This document shows positions 39,792 through 51,131 of a stretch of 64,000 nt of DNA, one piece after another. The stretch comes from a virus. A program made the position numbers and the translations under genes. Below the pieces are notes generated by a model, which was not told the origin of the DNA, made no database searches, and saw only the letters and a list, made by a program, of their open reading frames with translations. The stretch lies in IMG/VR virus record IMGVR_UViG_3300022561_000003. One strand, 5' to 3'. Numbering within the stretch: position 1 is the first letter of the stretch; every line of letters starts with the position of its first letter.

Positions 39792-40427
39792 TTATATTAC
39801 CTTCTTCGCATGAAAAGTTAAAATACCATCAATTCCATCCAAATCCATCTGACTATAATCCAAACTAATAACTTCATATTTATCATTTACCCAAAGAAAA
39901 GTATCTCCTTCAATAATAGACTTAGTTAAAGTACTAATCTGGCAACTGCACGCCATTACATCGCTCGGAATGATTCCAACTGAGCCATTACTCGTATTAA
40001 ACTCAAAACTTCCAATTACAGATATACAGTACAAACTACTTACTACAGGATAATTGCCTGCAACTTTAGTTATTACTCCACTAGAGTTATATTCTTCTGC
40101 GAAATATCTTGTAATGTTGAATTTTGAATTACATGTTCCAACGGAAATTTCATAACAAGCTGGAAATTGATTAGTCTTAACCTGATTTATCAGAAGTATT
40201 TCTTCCTTATATTGGATATAATCTCCCATCTTTAGATTAGAGGAAAGTTCAGCAAAAATAACTTCATCGCTAGAAACTATATTATTGACGGTTCTGTAAT
40301 TAACTTTATCCATTCTAACTCTAACTTTTGCAGTTAAACTGAAGTTGAGAATACAATCTATTCCAAGTGGAGAAGCAATACTGTCTGCAAAATCTTTTTG
40401 TAAATTAGGTGGAATATAAAATCTCAT
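39792..40427 (-). CDS. Head closure / head-tail joining protein
   Basis: Position; two beta-barrel-like halves. Confidence 0.5.
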   Translation of the reverse strand: MRFYIPPNLQKDFADSIASPLGIDCILNFSLTAKVRVRMDKVNYRTVNNIVSSDEVIFAELSSNLKMGDYIQYKEEILLINQVKTNQFPACYEISVGTCNSKFNITRYFAEEYNSSGVITKVAGNYPVVSSLYCISVIGSFEFNTSNGSVGIIPSDVMACSCQISTLTKSIIEGDTFLWVNDKYEVISLDYSQMDLDGIDGILTFHAKKVI

Positions 40428-40670
40428 CTAATCCACATCCTTGGGAAATTGAATTGTCATTGGTAATCTTCTAATATCTCCTGCAACATCTAAAATATTA
40501 TTTCTAATATCTTTCTGTGTAACAGGGGAGAGGGGATCTAAACAATCATCAATTAAATATAAACAACTCGTAATTCTTCTTGACAATAAATCACAAAATT
40601 CTACAAACTCATATTCCTTTACATCAACTAATTCTAAATCCTTATCACGAATATTAATTATCACTTTCAT
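40428..40670 (-). CDS. Hypothetical virion-module protein
   Basis: ORF track. Confidence 0.55.
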   Translation of the reverse strand: MKVIINIRDKDLELVDVKEYEFVEFCDLLSRRITSCLYLIDDCLDPLSPVTQKDIRNNILDVAGDIRRLPMTIQFPKDVD

Positions 40671-40672
40671 AA

Positions 40673-41077
40673 TTAAACACTCTTATGTGTAAATTTAAAT
40701 GCTAATTTTGATAGACGAGATTCTAAATCCACTACATTCCCATTGATTGACTTAAAAATGTTTCCAGTACCTGTTACTGAGATTGCATTAGTTGTATAAC
40801 TTGCTATCGTATCCCAATAGTTTTTAATCTGATTGAAGAAAGCAATCTGTGAAGCAACTAAAATGTACTCTCTTTCAGTTAGGCTAAAAGTTTTATTTAA
40901 TTGTGATAAAGTTTTATTATAATCAATGTCCCAAGTATCTAATCCTTCATCAACATAGAGTCTCTGAGCACCTTCCAAAGTAAAGGTGGCATAATCTGTA
41001 TCATTAAGAACAATTGGAGTTTCTTGAAATTTAATTTTAGCTATTAATTGTGTTTTAATCTCAGATAGCAATAACAT
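40673..41077 (-). CDS. Head-tail adaptor
   Basis: Helical, position after the capsid genes. Confidence 0.55.
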   Translation of the reverse strand: MLLLSEIKTQLIAKIKFQETPIVLNDTDYATFTLEGAQRLYVDEGLDTWDIDYNKTLSQLNKTFSLTEREYILVASQIAFFNQIKNYWDTIASYTTNAISVTGTGNIFKSINGNVVDLESRLSKLAFKFTHKSV

Positions 41078-42269
41078 GATTAACTGCCTCCTTTATTTGT
41101 AAAATGTCCCTATCTAGAATAGATTTTATATTGTCAAAATCCCAATATGGAATTCTAATTAATGGAATATTATTATCCATGCAATATTTGTCTTTAATTC
41201 TGTCTCTCTTTTGTTGCAACAATAATCTTTTTTCTCCACCAAAAAATTCAGTAGTAGTATAATGTAATGAACCATCATATTCAATGAGATAAATTATTAT
41301 TGAGTTGTCATCATAAATAGCAAAATCATATTGTAAACTAATAAGATGCTTACAATCTGGAAAAGAATGTTGCTCTGTGAAAATAATATTATTATCTTCT
41401 AAATATTGTTTTACTGCAATTTCTCCTTTAGATGATTTAAGTCTGCTACATGCTGGACAACATTTACCTCCTGAAACAAAAGATGAAAATTGTTCAGAAA
41501 ATAGTTTCCCACACTTGCATTCAAATGTAATTTGTTCTTTATACTCACCTAAGATAGCAGTAACTAATTTGCAATCACTATTTTCTTTAACATAGATATC
41601 CATTTCCTCAATAGTCCATCTATGTTTAAAGCCACCGTTTGCATATCCACAAGCTTTACATTGTTTCTGATTCGTTGTGTTAAAATCATTTATAGTACAT
41701 TCGTATATTTCCCCACAAGCACATTGTATTTTCAACTTTGTATGAGCGTTAACATATTCTGTACTGAGAAGCTTGCATCCGTTCCCATTTTCCCCTTCAA
41801 TCTCTTCTTTAACTGTTTCATATGTAAGTTTTGCCCCTTCAGATCTCTCTGTAAAAGAACATTCATTACATTTCCTTTTATTTCTAGCTTTGAAGTCTTG
41901 AAAAGCTGTTTGAAAGTGATTGCCACAACTACATTGTAATTCAAGCTTTTGTCTTTTAGTTTTATAATCCTCTTTTTTAGTTAGTAGAATACAATTACTT
42001 TTACTAGTAGCTTCAATATACTTTTTTACATCTTCATAAGTTTCTCTTACTTTTGGAAGTTTGCTAATTACTTCTGTGCATTCCTTACATCTTCTTACAT
42101 TACAATTTCTAAAAGCATCATAACCTACATTAAAAGTATTACCACAAGAACATTGAACATCTAAGAAAGTGTGATTATTAACATATTCTGTGCTTATTAA
42201 TTTGCAACCACTTCCACTTTCTATTTCAATAAAGTTTTTTACAAATTCATAAGTTAGAGTTCTGCTCAC
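41061..42269 (-). CDS. Zinc-ribbon repeat / PD-(D/E)XK-type putative endonuclease
   Basis: Repeats TYE.VK..IE...GCKL.S.EY.N..T.L..QC.CG; LQYDF..LIEYDGSLH..D..K. Confidence 0.75.
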   Translation of the reverse strand: MSRTLTYEFVKNFIEIESGSGCKLISTEYVNNHTFLDVQCSCGNTFNVGYDAFRNCNVRRCKECTEVISKLPKVRETYEDVKKYIEATSKSNCILLTKKEDYKTKRQKLELQCSCGNHFQTAFQDFKARNKRKCNECSFTERSEGAKLTYETVKEEIEGENGNGCKLLSTEYVNAHTKLKIQCACGEIYECTINDFNTTNQKQCKACGYANGGFKHRWTIEEMDIYVKENSDCKLVTAILGEYKEQITFECKCGKLFSEQFSSFVSGGKCCPACSRLKSSKGEIAVKQYLEDNNIIFTEQHSFPDCKHLISLQYDFAIYDDNSIIIYLIEYDGSLHYTTTEFFGGEKRLLLQQKRDRIKDKYCMDNNIPLIRIPYWDFDNIKSILDRDILQIKEAVNHVIAI

Positions 42270-42285
42270 ATCAGATCACTCTCCC

Positions 42286-42762
42286 TTATTTACCTTTACT
42301 GATTTTTACTTTTGCTACTTTTGGAGTTACTTCTTCAACTGGTGTTACATCATCCAATTCGATTTTTTTTCCAACTATTTCTTCAACAGCTTTTAATCTA
42401 GAAACACTTAAATCACTTTTCTTAGCAACTTCAAAAATTCTATTTAATGCAAACATTTCTGTAACACCAGATAGACTTTCTTTTATTTCACTAGCAGATA
42501 ATTTAAATATATCTTCAACTTCCTTATCTGTTAATATATTAGGATTCTTTTCTTCGTAACCCAAGGATATATTTACTTCTGAGTCATCAATTACGAGCTC
42601 TCCGGAACTAAATAAATCATAGTCAGAATCTAGTTCTCTAACTTCTTCCTCATTCAAATAAATAAATGAATTAGGTTTAACTTGCCTATGTTTATTCCAC
42701 TTTTGACATAATAAACCTACATTATATTGATTATTATTTAATACCTTTATACTTTCTTTCAT
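42286..42762 (-). CDS. Hypothetical protein following the major capsid gene
   Basis: ORF track; SPbeta-like synteny. Confidence 0.65.
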   Translation of the reverse strand: MKESIKVLNNNQYNVGLLCQKWNKHRQVKPNSFIYLNEEEVRELDSDYDLFSSGELVIDDSEVNISLGYEEKNPNILTDKEVEDIFKLSASEIKESLSGVTEMFALNRIFEVAKKSDLSVSRLKAVEEIVGKKIELDDVTPVEEVTPKVAKVKISKGK

Positions 42763-42816
42763 AGCACCTTATCTCCTTTTCAATTAAAATTTAAGAGGGA
42801 CGAATCCCTCCTATAA

Positions 42817-43794
42817 TTATTGTGCTCTGTAAACGCCCATGTACAATTCTGAACCTACAACTTTTGCTCCCACGATACAACCCATCATAAGGTCATAATC
42901 CCCTGTGAAAAAGTCTTCTTGCTCTCTCATATAAACGTCACCCTCAAATTGAACTTTAAGACCTCTTTGAGAAGCATCTCCACCTGAAAGTATATATAGA
43001 AGATCTTTTCTTAATAATTTAGTAGTTAAACTATTTCTAAGGAGAGGATTTACTAATTTAACAACATTAGCAGTATTGAATGTACCTATGAATCCATTAG
43101 CATTATGCTCTAAAGCAAGTGCTTCTGGTAATTTAGCATTCCAACCTGAAATATTGTCAAGTAAAGATAATTTAGAAATATCTCCTAGTAAACTAACTTG
43201 ACCAAATTCTGCAAAAGTATTGATTTGATTCTTCAAAAGAGTTTGATCAATACCAACAGCAGTTTCATAATTAGGACTTGCAAGAACTGAGAAAGCATTA
43301 AATAGAACTGTTTCTAATTCTTTAGTTATAGCTTGATCCATTTTTTCAGCAGAAAGTAGAGCTATTCTATCAAAGTTTATTCTATTAGACGCCAAATCCA
43401 TAAATGAAATGCTTGGTCTGGTAGTTATGTGCTTAGTATCCATGCCAACATATTTCTTAGTAAGTGTCCCTCTGTCTCCAGCAACACCCTTAGCAGTCCA
43501 CTCAGCAGAAGTTAAATCTACTTCAATCTCAAACTGTTGTTTAACATTTATTCCAGTTCTAGCAACGTCAGCAAATGATTCAAGATAATTAGTTTTACCT
43601 CTTAGTATTTGATTAGTTACGAGAGTTGTTATTTCTGCTAATTCTGTTCTTATTCCTTTGTCTTTTGTAGCGATATATTTTGCAGATAGATCCTTCATTG
43701 CACTTCTTGCTTCTGCTAATTCAGGTGATTTGGAATCCACCTCTCCTTTAGCTTGTGCTAAAAATATGTCCACTTCTTTATAAATTGTTGCCAT
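42817..43794 (-). CDS. Major capsid protein
   Basis: 325 aa, position after decoration and scaffold genes, HK97-like features. Confidence 0.75.
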   Translation of the reverse strand: MATIYKEVDIFLAQAKGEVDSKSPELAEARSAMKDLSAKYIATKDKGIRTELAEITTLVTNQILRGKTNYLESFADVARTGINVKQQFEIEVDLTSAEWTAKGVAGDRGTLTKKYVGMDTKHITTRPSISFMDLASNRINFDRIALLSAEKMDQAITKELETVLFNAFSVLASPNYETAVGIDQTLLKNQINTFAEFGQVSLLGDISKLSLLDNISGWNAKLPEALALEHNANGFIGTFNTANVVKLVNPLLRNSLTTKLLRKDLLYILSGGDASQRGLKVQFEGDVYMREQEDFFTGDYDLMMGCIVGAKVVGSELYMGVYRAQ

Positions 43795-43848
43795 TTTTAT
43801 ATTCCTCCTAAATTTTAATAAATTATTATTTAATTGTTAATATTTTAA

Positions 43849-44289
43849 TTAAACTGCTGTTACTATACAAACTAGAGCTTCTTCTCCGTCATAACTTGTA
43901 ACTTTTTCTATTATTGTTGCTTGAAATAATCCTGCTACGTTAGCTTTAAGTTTTCCAAGAGCAGAAACCATTACTACTCCACCAACTGCATATGTACTAA
44001 GAGTAGCTTCTAATGAAGTTGTAACAAACTTACAACCTAATTGTAGTTTATCCATTTTAACAGCAACACCAATTGCAAGTACAAAATCTTTGTCAGCTTT
44101 ACCTAGTTCTATTGGAGTGTCAATATCACATTGTACAAAATACACATCTCTTGTAGCATCTACTCCTGGAACTGCTACAGTTTTATCTGTATAAGTAGGT
44201 GTTACAAACATGCCTCTACCAAGTCCTGCTACTTTGGCAGTAAAACCACCTTGAGTTGAATATAAACCATTTTTAACTAATCCGTTCAT
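43849..44289 (-). CDS. Capsid decoration / cement protein
   Basis: 146 aa, beta-rich, directly before the MCP. Confidence 0.55.
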   Translation of the reverse strand: MNGLVKNGLYSTQGGFTAKVAGLGRGMFVTPTYTDKTVAVPGVDATRDVYFVQCDIDTPIELGKADKDFVLAIGVAVKMDKLQLGCKFVTTSLEATLSTYAVGGVVMVSALGKLKANVAGLFQATIIEKVTSYDGEEALVCIVTAV

Positions 44290-44324
44290 TTAATATTCCT
44301 CCTGTATAAATTATTATTTAATTA

Positions 44325-45722
44325 TTATATTGAATATTTCTCTCTTAGAGAACCGGGTTCTGCTCCTGATATTTTTAAATTGTCAACTAATCTACTTGCC
44401 AGTGTTACTATTGGTTTTACATCTGGAACTACTGAAGCTAAAGTAATATACTTTTCAGCAAGAACTTTATTCACAGCAACTTCATCTAAAGATTCTATTG
44501 AAGCATTTATTTCTTCAACTTCCTTTTCTGAAAGCACTTTTAAACATCTTACTTTCAGAGCAGATACTTTTTCTAGTTTTTCAGCAACCTCCTTTTCAAG
44601 TTTAAGGTTATCTGATTCTGCCTTGAATACTTGTAACTCAGATACCTCAACAGTTTTAGCTTCCAACTGTTCGCCAATTTTTACTAAATCAGCATCTTTA
44701 CTTGCAATTAAAGTATCTTTTTCTACAAGAAGATTCTCTTTCTCAGCTATAACAACATCTTTAGAAGCAATTTCTGATTTTAAAGTATCTGCTAAAGCTT
44801 GTGCTTGTTCTAATTCTTTTTGTAATTCTTCCATCTTTTCTTTTTCCTCCTCTTCTAAATTAATATTATTTATACGAGCATAAGATTTTGAAACCTTATA
44901 CATTTCGCCAAGGGTTAATGTGTCTTGAAAAATTGAGTAGTCGACTCTATATAAATCACCTTCACAATGAAGTAAAATTATATAGTTTACGGAAAACTCG
45001 ATAATATCATATTCATAATAATTTTCTAATTCTCTAAATTGTGCATAAACCTTTCTTTGAATTTGAGTTAAATCTAATTCACTAGTTTCCACAACTACTT
45101 TAGTATTTTGAAATACTTCTTCAAAAGTTTTATCCAAATTATCACTTCCTAAATCTATATTTAATGCTTCAGCAACCATCATAAACGCTTTACTTTTAGT
45201 CTCGGCCGGATGAGAAACACAACATTGTCCGAAGAGTTGCCCATTTCCTTTATCTACAACTTTATTCCCATTTTCATCCTTGGTATATTCAGAAACAAAA
45301 ACCTCACAACTGAAGTTTAAATCTTCGTTTAGGTATAATTCACCAAGAGCTTCACAAACTTTAGGATATCGTTTGAAAATTTTAGCAGTTCCTAATAGCT
45401 CCCATGAACCATCCTCAGCTTGATTTTCAGAGAAATCTGAAAAAGAACCTATTACGTCAGAAATTAATTCTCCACTTTTAGTAAGTCCATGTCCCAAATT
45501 CTTTTTACCAGACTCCAACTTACTTCTTTCAGCAGTTAAACTAACTCCACCAATATAAAAGTCTTTATTTTCAACTATTTCGTGAATGAAATTTTCAGTA
45601 AAAATACATTTATTTAAATTAGGATTACTTGTTATAAGCAATAATTTAAGAGTCATATAAATATCATTTTCATTAGATAACTCTAGAACTTTTAATTTGA
45701 TTTGTTCTACTTGCTTGTTCAT
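44325..45722 (-). CDS. Prohead protease-scaffold fusion
   Basis: SHPAE motif and acidic coiled-coil C-terminus; after the portal. Confidence 0.65.
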   Translation of the reverse strand: MNKQVEQIKLKVLELSNENDIYMTLKLLLITSNPNLNKCIFTENFIHEIVENKDFYIGGVSLTAERSKLESGKKNLGHGLTKSGELISDVIGSFSDFSENQAEDGSWELLGTAKIFKRYPKVCEALGELYLNEDLNFSCEVFVSEYTKDENGNKVVDKGNGQLFGQCCVSHPAETKSKAFMMVAEALNIDLGSDNLDKTFEEVFQNTKVVVETSELDLTQIQRKVYAQFRELENYYEYDIIEFSVNYIILLHCEGDLYRVDYSIFQDTLTLGEMYKVSKSYARINNINLEEEEKEKMEELQKELEQAQALADTLKSEIASKDVVIAEKENLLVEKDTLIASKDADLVKIGEQLEAKTVEVSELQVFKAESDNLKLEKEVAEKLEKVSALKVRCLKVLSEKEVEEINASIESLDEVAVNKVLAEKYITLASVVPDVKPIVTLASRLVDNLKISGAEPGSLREKYSI

Positions 45723-45757
45723 AATTCACCTCCTTTACATAACAAAAGAAGTCATGA

Positions 45758-46729
45758 TTAGATGACTTCTTGAATAGATAACATATTTAATTTTTTATCT
45801 AGAATTATTTCAATATTCTCAAAGTCCCAATATGGAATTACTATGAGTTCTATATTATTAACTTTACAGTATTCTCTTTTAATTCTATCATTATTTTGTA
45901 CATATAATAGATTTTCTTCTCCACCCCAATATTCAATTGCTTCATAATGTTGGAGGCCTTGATACTCTATCAAATATAATATATCTGAATTGTTTTCTAA
46001 AATAACAAAATCAAAAGGCAATGTATTTATATGTCTGCAATCATCAATTCTATGTTGTGACTTATAATTTATATCTTGATTTTCTAGATAAGTCCTTATC
46101 CTAATTTCTCCCAATGATTTTCCACTACAAACAGAACATTTCCTTTGATAATTATTTTTAAAACAATAAAAGGAAACTTCATATTCTTTACCACATTCAC
46201 ATCTAAGTGATAATTTAGTATCAATATTAATGTATTTATTGCTCAATAGTTTACAGTCTGTATTGGATTCGATATATTCTTTAACATATTCATAAGCGTA
46301 TGCACGATATTCAAGATTTTTACGTCTCAATATTTCACCGCATGTATTACATTGATTTTTACCATTTTTCTGAAAGTTTGCCAAAGTAGTATGAAACATT
46401 TCTCCACAAATACATTGTATATCTAATATTGCATTATTTTTATCATATTTTTTACTAATTAGCTTACATCCATTACTGTAGGGACTATTTTCAATAATAT
46501 CTTTCACTTGTTTATATGAAAATCCTCTAATTTCTTTCATGTGTTTCATCGAACATACATCACACTGATGTTTATTTTTATCCTTAAAAATCTTGAAATT
46601 TGTAGTAAACTTATTACCACAATTACATTCTATTTCTAATGGCTTAAAAATACCTTTATAATCCAGACTAATTAATTTGCATCCAGCATCTTCAATTGTA
46701 GTTTTAACAAATTCATAACTTAAACTCAT
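45758..46729 (-). CDS. Zinc-ribbon repeat / PD-(D/E)XK-type putative endonuclease (paralog of 41061)
   Basis: Same repeats; LPFDF..LIEYQGLQHY..D..K. Confidence 0.75.
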   Translation of the reverse strand: MSLSYEFVKTTIEDAGCKLISLDYKGIFKPLEIECNCGNKFTTNFKIFKDKNKHQCDVCSMKHMKEIRGFSYKQVKDIIENSPYSNGCKLISKKYDKNNAILDIQCICGEMFHTTLANFQKNGKNQCNTCGEILRRKNLEYRAYAYEYVKEYIESNTDCKLLSNKYINIDTKLSLRCECGKEYEVSFYCFKNNYQRKCSVCSGKSLGEIRIRTYLENQDINYKSQHRIDDCRHINTLPFDFVILENNSDILYLIEYQGLQHYEAIEYWGGEENLLYVQNNDRIKREYCKVNNIELIVIPYWDFENIEIILDKKLNMLSIQEVI

Positions 46730-46907
46730 ATTTATTACCTCCGAAGTAATTATTATTTAATTCCGATTGATTTTAAAATAGGAAGCGTAAACTCGGAAGG
46801 TTCCGTTTATCAGAATAACTGAGTGTCGACTCTCAATTCATTCCTATCCCATTTATTATAATATGCAAAGCTTATAGAGTTGTTACAAAATATTTCTCTA
46901 TAGTTAT

Positions 46908-46936
46908 ATTATATTAAATTATTATTTAATTGTCAA
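46908..46936 (-). promoter_or_regulatory. Consensus sigmaA promoter with embedded 17-bp motif
   Basis: TTGACA-ATTAAATAATAATTTAA-TATAAT. Confidence 0.8.
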
Positions 46937-46958
46937 TATATATTTTAACATTATTTAA

Positions 46959-48470
46959 CTATTTACTTGTGGAAGGTTTAGGATTATTTTGTGAATTACT
47001 CTTATCTTGCTTGCTATTTTTAATATCTTTAATAGGAGCTCCACCACCATTTTCTCCAGCAGCTTGCGTATTGAAAGAAGCTGGCACAACAAATATTTCT
47101 GCATCACCATCAGCTTTCTCTTTAGTTTTTCTAGCTTTTTCTTGCTCATAGTCATAGCCAAGAGTAGTAATTGTGGTAGCATATGAAGTAAGTCCACTTT
47201 GAAATAATTTTAAGACTTCATCTTTCATTGCTTGATCATCCTGTATTGAAACTTTATCAAATACGAATGTTGGGACTTTATTTTCTGCTATTCTCCATTC
47301 TATTGCTCTTTTTTTCATAATCTTTTTTAAGAATTCTGCAACATTTTTTTGATTAGCTGATATTTTTTTCTCGGCCACAGACACGTTCACTGTTGCAGAG
47401 GCGAAATTAGAACTAGTAGAATCACCTGTTACTAAAATAGCACTTAATCCACAACTAGATAAAATTGAACTATTAACTTCATCATACTTGGCCTTGTCAA
47501 ACATATTCTTCGTATCAATTCCTATCCAAGAAGCTTCGACTACATGCGAAGTCACAGCAAGGGGATAACCATTGATTGCATTCTTAAATATTAAAGCAAC
47601 ATCTTTAAGAATATCTGGAGAAGGAGATGATATAAACTTTTCTGAACCTACCTTAACATGAAGAAATGGTTTCATTCCTGCAAAAAGTTGGCTATTTTCA
47701 AACTCTCCAATTAGATTCTTTTTTGAGAAAGCCTTCAGACAAGAACTTATAAAGGGGATACAATTCTTCTCCCAACGGGATTTTACACCTTGTAAAGAAT
47801 AACAGCTATCTGGTGATAATTGAACCCACAAAGTACCTGTTTTTATACCTTCTAATATCTCAGGTGGATACCCTTCATATTGTTTAAGCAGAGTATTTAT
47901 AAATCCTTCCTTTGCAATTGTATAGTTTCTATTACCAAATTCTTGAATTTTGTACTCCAGTACCGGTTCACCACCAATACCTATAGAGCTAATCCTTATT
48001 CTGTGAGGAGGGAATATGTCGAACCAATCTCCTCTGTCATAAACATAACAATTTTCATATAAATTTAAATCATAGAAAATATCTCTAAGTAAATCAAAAA
48101 GTCCTATTGATTCAAAATAAGCAATATATTTTTCCTTTATCTTTTCAGACGCACCCATAAGTTTCCATTTAGATAATGAAAACGGAGTTAATATCTTTTT
48201 TATCGCATTTCCATATATTGGATCTGCGTCAACATAGTAGTTACAAAGTTCAAATATTTTATAGATATTATCTTGCTTATTTTTTAGAATCTTATCAATA
48301 TCATAACCCTTAACATCTCCATTGGAATTAAATCTGTTTTCATATACTGTAATAGGTTTATCACCATCTCCTGTATATGATTTCATATCAAATCCTACCG
48401 AGACTTCTGGAGTTATTTTTATTATAGGTTGTGTTTGAGCTATATATGGTTTCTTTTTATTTCTTGACAT
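46959..48470 (-). CDS. Portal protein
   Basis: 503 aa directly after the large terminase; SPbeta-like synteny. Confidence 0.75.
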   Translation of the reverse strand: MSRNKKKPYIAQTQPIIKITPEVSVGFDMKSYTGDGDKPITVYENRFNSNGDVKGYDIDKILKNKQDNIYKIFELCNYYVDADPIYGNAIKKILTPFSLSKWKLMGASEKIKEKYIAYFESIGLFDLLRDIFYDLNLYENCYVYDRGDWFDIFPPHRIRISSIGIGGEPVLEYKIQEFGNRNYTIAKEGFINTLLKQYEGYPPEILEGIKTGTLWVQLSPDSCYSLQGVKSRWEKNCIPFISSCLKAFSKKNLIGEFENSQLFAGMKPFLHVKVGSEKFISSPSPDILKDVALIFKNAINGYPLAVTSHVVEASWIGIDTKNMFDKAKYDEVNSSILSSCGLSAILVTGDSTSSNFASATVNVSVAEKKISANQKNVAEFLKKIMKKRAIEWRIAENKVPTFVFDKVSIQDDQAMKDEVLKLFQSGLTSYATTITTLGYDYEQEKARKTKEKADGDAEIFVVPASFNTQAAGENGGGAPIKDIKNSKQDKSNSQNNPKPSTSK

Positions 48471-48506
48471 ATATTACACCTCCTCCTTTTGTAAGTTATT
48501 TAAGTA

Positions 48507-50264
48507 TTAGTTGAAACTCATTGCAATTCCCATGCACATTCCTTGCGTATTATTATTATAGTTTTCCCTGTTTTCATCCTCTAACTTGGAAATATAATCC
48601 ATTGCCATCCAAAGTGATGAGCAACGATCTTTGTGTTGAGTTGTCAACGCAGTATCATAAAAACTATTTCCTTTTGCTGTAAATTTAGGAACTATAGTTG
48701 ACAATTCAAACTGTAATTTATCAGCTTCAAAATATATCGCCATTTCTTCAATTAACAATTCTCTTGGCTTTGATTTATCTGCTTTTTTTGAATCATCGAA
48801 AGAATCTTGTTGATATCTCCTTGCTTCAGAAGATGGAATAGGTAAATGTAATGTTTTATTTTCAAAATATATTTTAGTTTTTACAACCATGTTATTATTA
48901 ATAGTATTGCTTCCACGAAAAACCCTAACTATTGGAATAGCATTATTTCCGGTGTATCCAATATCATCTCTTACAAATGGCTTATATTCTACACCTTCAC
49001 TTACATAAGGAAAGTTTAATAAACTTACAACTCCTTCCCCAATAGCATTTCCGTCAATAATTGTGGATTCTATATTAGGGAATCTAAGACAAACTTTTCT
49101 AACCTCTTCTGCGAGTTTTTCTGGAGGATATCCATGAAATGTTCTTATAAAGACAACATATTTATGAAAGGTTCCATCATTTTTTTCAATAAATTTAATT
49201 ACTATTAAACTTGCATTATCTGCTCCATCTGCTTCAGAAGTAGCCACATCTAAACTTAATATGTACCTAGATTTTGAATGAGAGGGCTGTTTCAATTCTA
49301 TAGAAGGCATATCTCTAGAGGGTTCTGTAATATCATATGGGAAAAATGAACCATTTTGATTTCCAATAAACTTTGCTCCCCATTCCATATCAAATATACT
49401 TTCAAGCATATTTCCCTTTTCTTCTTCTACAAACCCTTTCTCTATAATACCCGTTCTAATTCCTGCTTCATAACTTAAAGCACATGCGAACTTATTCATG
49501 TTCCCCTTTTTCATTTCATCAATAGTATCTGTAAATCTTTTGTATAAATCACATGTCTTGAGATAGGCACTAGATGTTTCAAAAAGTTTGCTGGGGAAAT
49601 CTTCAAAGTTCTGTTCTCTTGCAACATCTCTTGTATATGATAGCATTGGTCTTAATGCCTTTTGAATTACAGTCGACTTTATTAGCCAACTTTCGTCAAT
49701 ATATATAATTTTCTCTCTCAAACCGACTATGTTTTTCCCATCTTTTTCCATAGCTTTGCATATTATAGTAGAGTTATTTTTAAACTTAATTGTAGCTCCA
49801 TCCTTACTGATTCGTACAGGCAAGATTATTTCTCTCGCAAAATTTTCATTCTTAGCTGCGATATCTCTAATATAATTTGCCACCAACATTGCTTGATTTA
49901 CGTTACCGGAGACCACGAGACAACGGTTGTCTGAATATAAAATTGACAATGCGCTTAATATCCATGCCATTTTCCATGTCTTACCAAATGAACGTGCCTC
50001 AATGTCTATTACATTTGTACATGTCCCGCAATTTCTCACGACAATCTTTTGAACATCTTTAAACGAAACTGGCTTACCTGGAGATGAGAAATATTCCTCG
50101 ATAAAAATATCTAAGTGCTGACGATAAAATGATACCAACTTTTCCCAAATTTCTGGATTTTCAACGCCACCTTGTTTTACTACGCAATGACTATCTGGAC
50201 TATCTCCATTTATTTGAGTTTGATTTTGACTTGCATTTTTTTTATGTGAAAAGTTTGTTGCCAT
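48507..50264 (-). CDS. Terminase large subunit
   Basis: Walker A ARSFGKT, Walker B IYIDE, nuclease LDVAT...D and KDR.S. Confidence 0.9.
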   Translation of the reverse strand: MATNFSHKKNASQNQTQINGDSPDSHCVVKQGGVENPEIWEKLVSFYRQHLDIFIEEYFSSPGKPVSFKDVQKIVVRNCGTCTNVIDIEARSFGKTWKMAWILSALSILYSDNRCLVVSGNVNQAMLVANYIRDIAAKNENFAREIILPVRISKDGATIKFKNNSTIICKAMEKDGKNIVGLREKIIYIDESWLIKSTVIQKALRPMLSYTRDVAREQNFEDFPSKLFETSSAYLKTCDLYKRFTDTIDEMKKGNMNKFACALSYEAGIRTGIIEKGFVEEEKGNMLESIFDMEWGAKFIGNQNGSFFPYDITEPSRDMPSIELKQPSHSKSRYILSLDVATSEADGADNASLIVIKFIEKNDGTFHKYVVFIRTFHGYPPEKLAEEVRKVCLRFPNIESTIIDGNAIGEGVVSLLNFPYVSEGVEYKPFVRDDIGYTGNNAIPIVRVFRGSNTINNNMVVKTKIYFENKTLHLPIPSSEARRYQQDSFDDSKKADKSKPRELLIEEMAIYFEADKLQFELSTIVPKFTAKGNSFYDTALTTQHKDRCSSLWMAMDYISKLEDENRENYNNNTQGMCMGIAMSFN

Positions 50265-50273
50265 ATTATCCTC

Positions 50274-51131
50274 CTAATCCAAACTGCTTAAAACATGACG
50301 TAAGTCTTTATTTATTTTACTAATATCGTCATCTTCAAACACAATTTTTTTCTGTAGGAAACCATTTTGTTCTAACCATGCTGTTATCTCAGAGAGGGAG
50401 CCTAAGCCAGCAGTATCATTTTGTCCGCGTGTCTTCTCACTTAGCTTGGCACTTTGGGATAAACTATCAAAAATCGCTTTATTTTCTTTGTATCTTTTAT
50501 CTCCACCAGCATTTCCATTCATCATATCGTTGTACGCAATATCCATAGCTAAACTAGCTTTTGCAATTTTTCGGACATAATCCTTATGATTACGATTAAC
50601 TACAACGAAATCATTACAGGTATCAAAATAATATGTATCTAACCATTGAATATTTGATTTACTATAGTTTCCTTGCCAAATTTCCGACCAAATTTTCTTC
50701 TCTTTACCTTGTTTAATGGGCTCTAAATCCTCATCAGTATCATTGTCTAAGTCTTCTTCGATAAGAGATACTGGTTCATTACTTCCAATAAACTCATAAT
50801 GAGGGGATATACCCATCCTTTGAAAATATATATTTCTTATCTTTTCAAATAAAAAAGACTCCCTTTTATCTTCAGAGAGAGAATTGTAATCTATATTATC
50901 ACCATATTTTTTAGTTGCTTCTAATGTAGCTATATCTACCAATTCCTGTTGAAATTTTCTATCATTTAAACTACAATACTCTTTTAAGCCTGATAAATCT
51001 TTACTTATTTTACGAGAATCTTCCTTACAAGTGTTATCATAAGAATATCCTTGTTTATTATCTCTATTTGTATAATAGTTACTCATTTTTTTAGTTTTGT
51101 GGCAACATATACATTGCTTTGAACTGATCAA
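50274..51131 (-). CDS. Putative terminase small subunit / zinc-finger protein
   Basis: CICC..C N-terminus; immediately upstream of TerL. Confidence 0.5.
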   Translation of the reverse strand: MISSKQCICCHKTKKMSNYYTNRDNKQGYSYDNTCKEDSRKISKDLSGLKEYCSLNDRKFQQELVDIATLEATKKYGDNIDYNSLSEDKRESFLFEKIRNIYFQRMGISPHYEFIGSNEPVSLIEEDLDNDTDEDLEPIKQGKEKKIWSEIWQGNYSKSNIQWLDTYYFDTCNDFVVVNRNHKDYVRKIAKASLAMDIAYNDMMNGNAGGDKRYKENKAIFDSLSQSAKLSEKTRGQNDTAGLGSLSEITAWLEQNGFLQKKIVFEDDDISKINKDLRHVLSSLD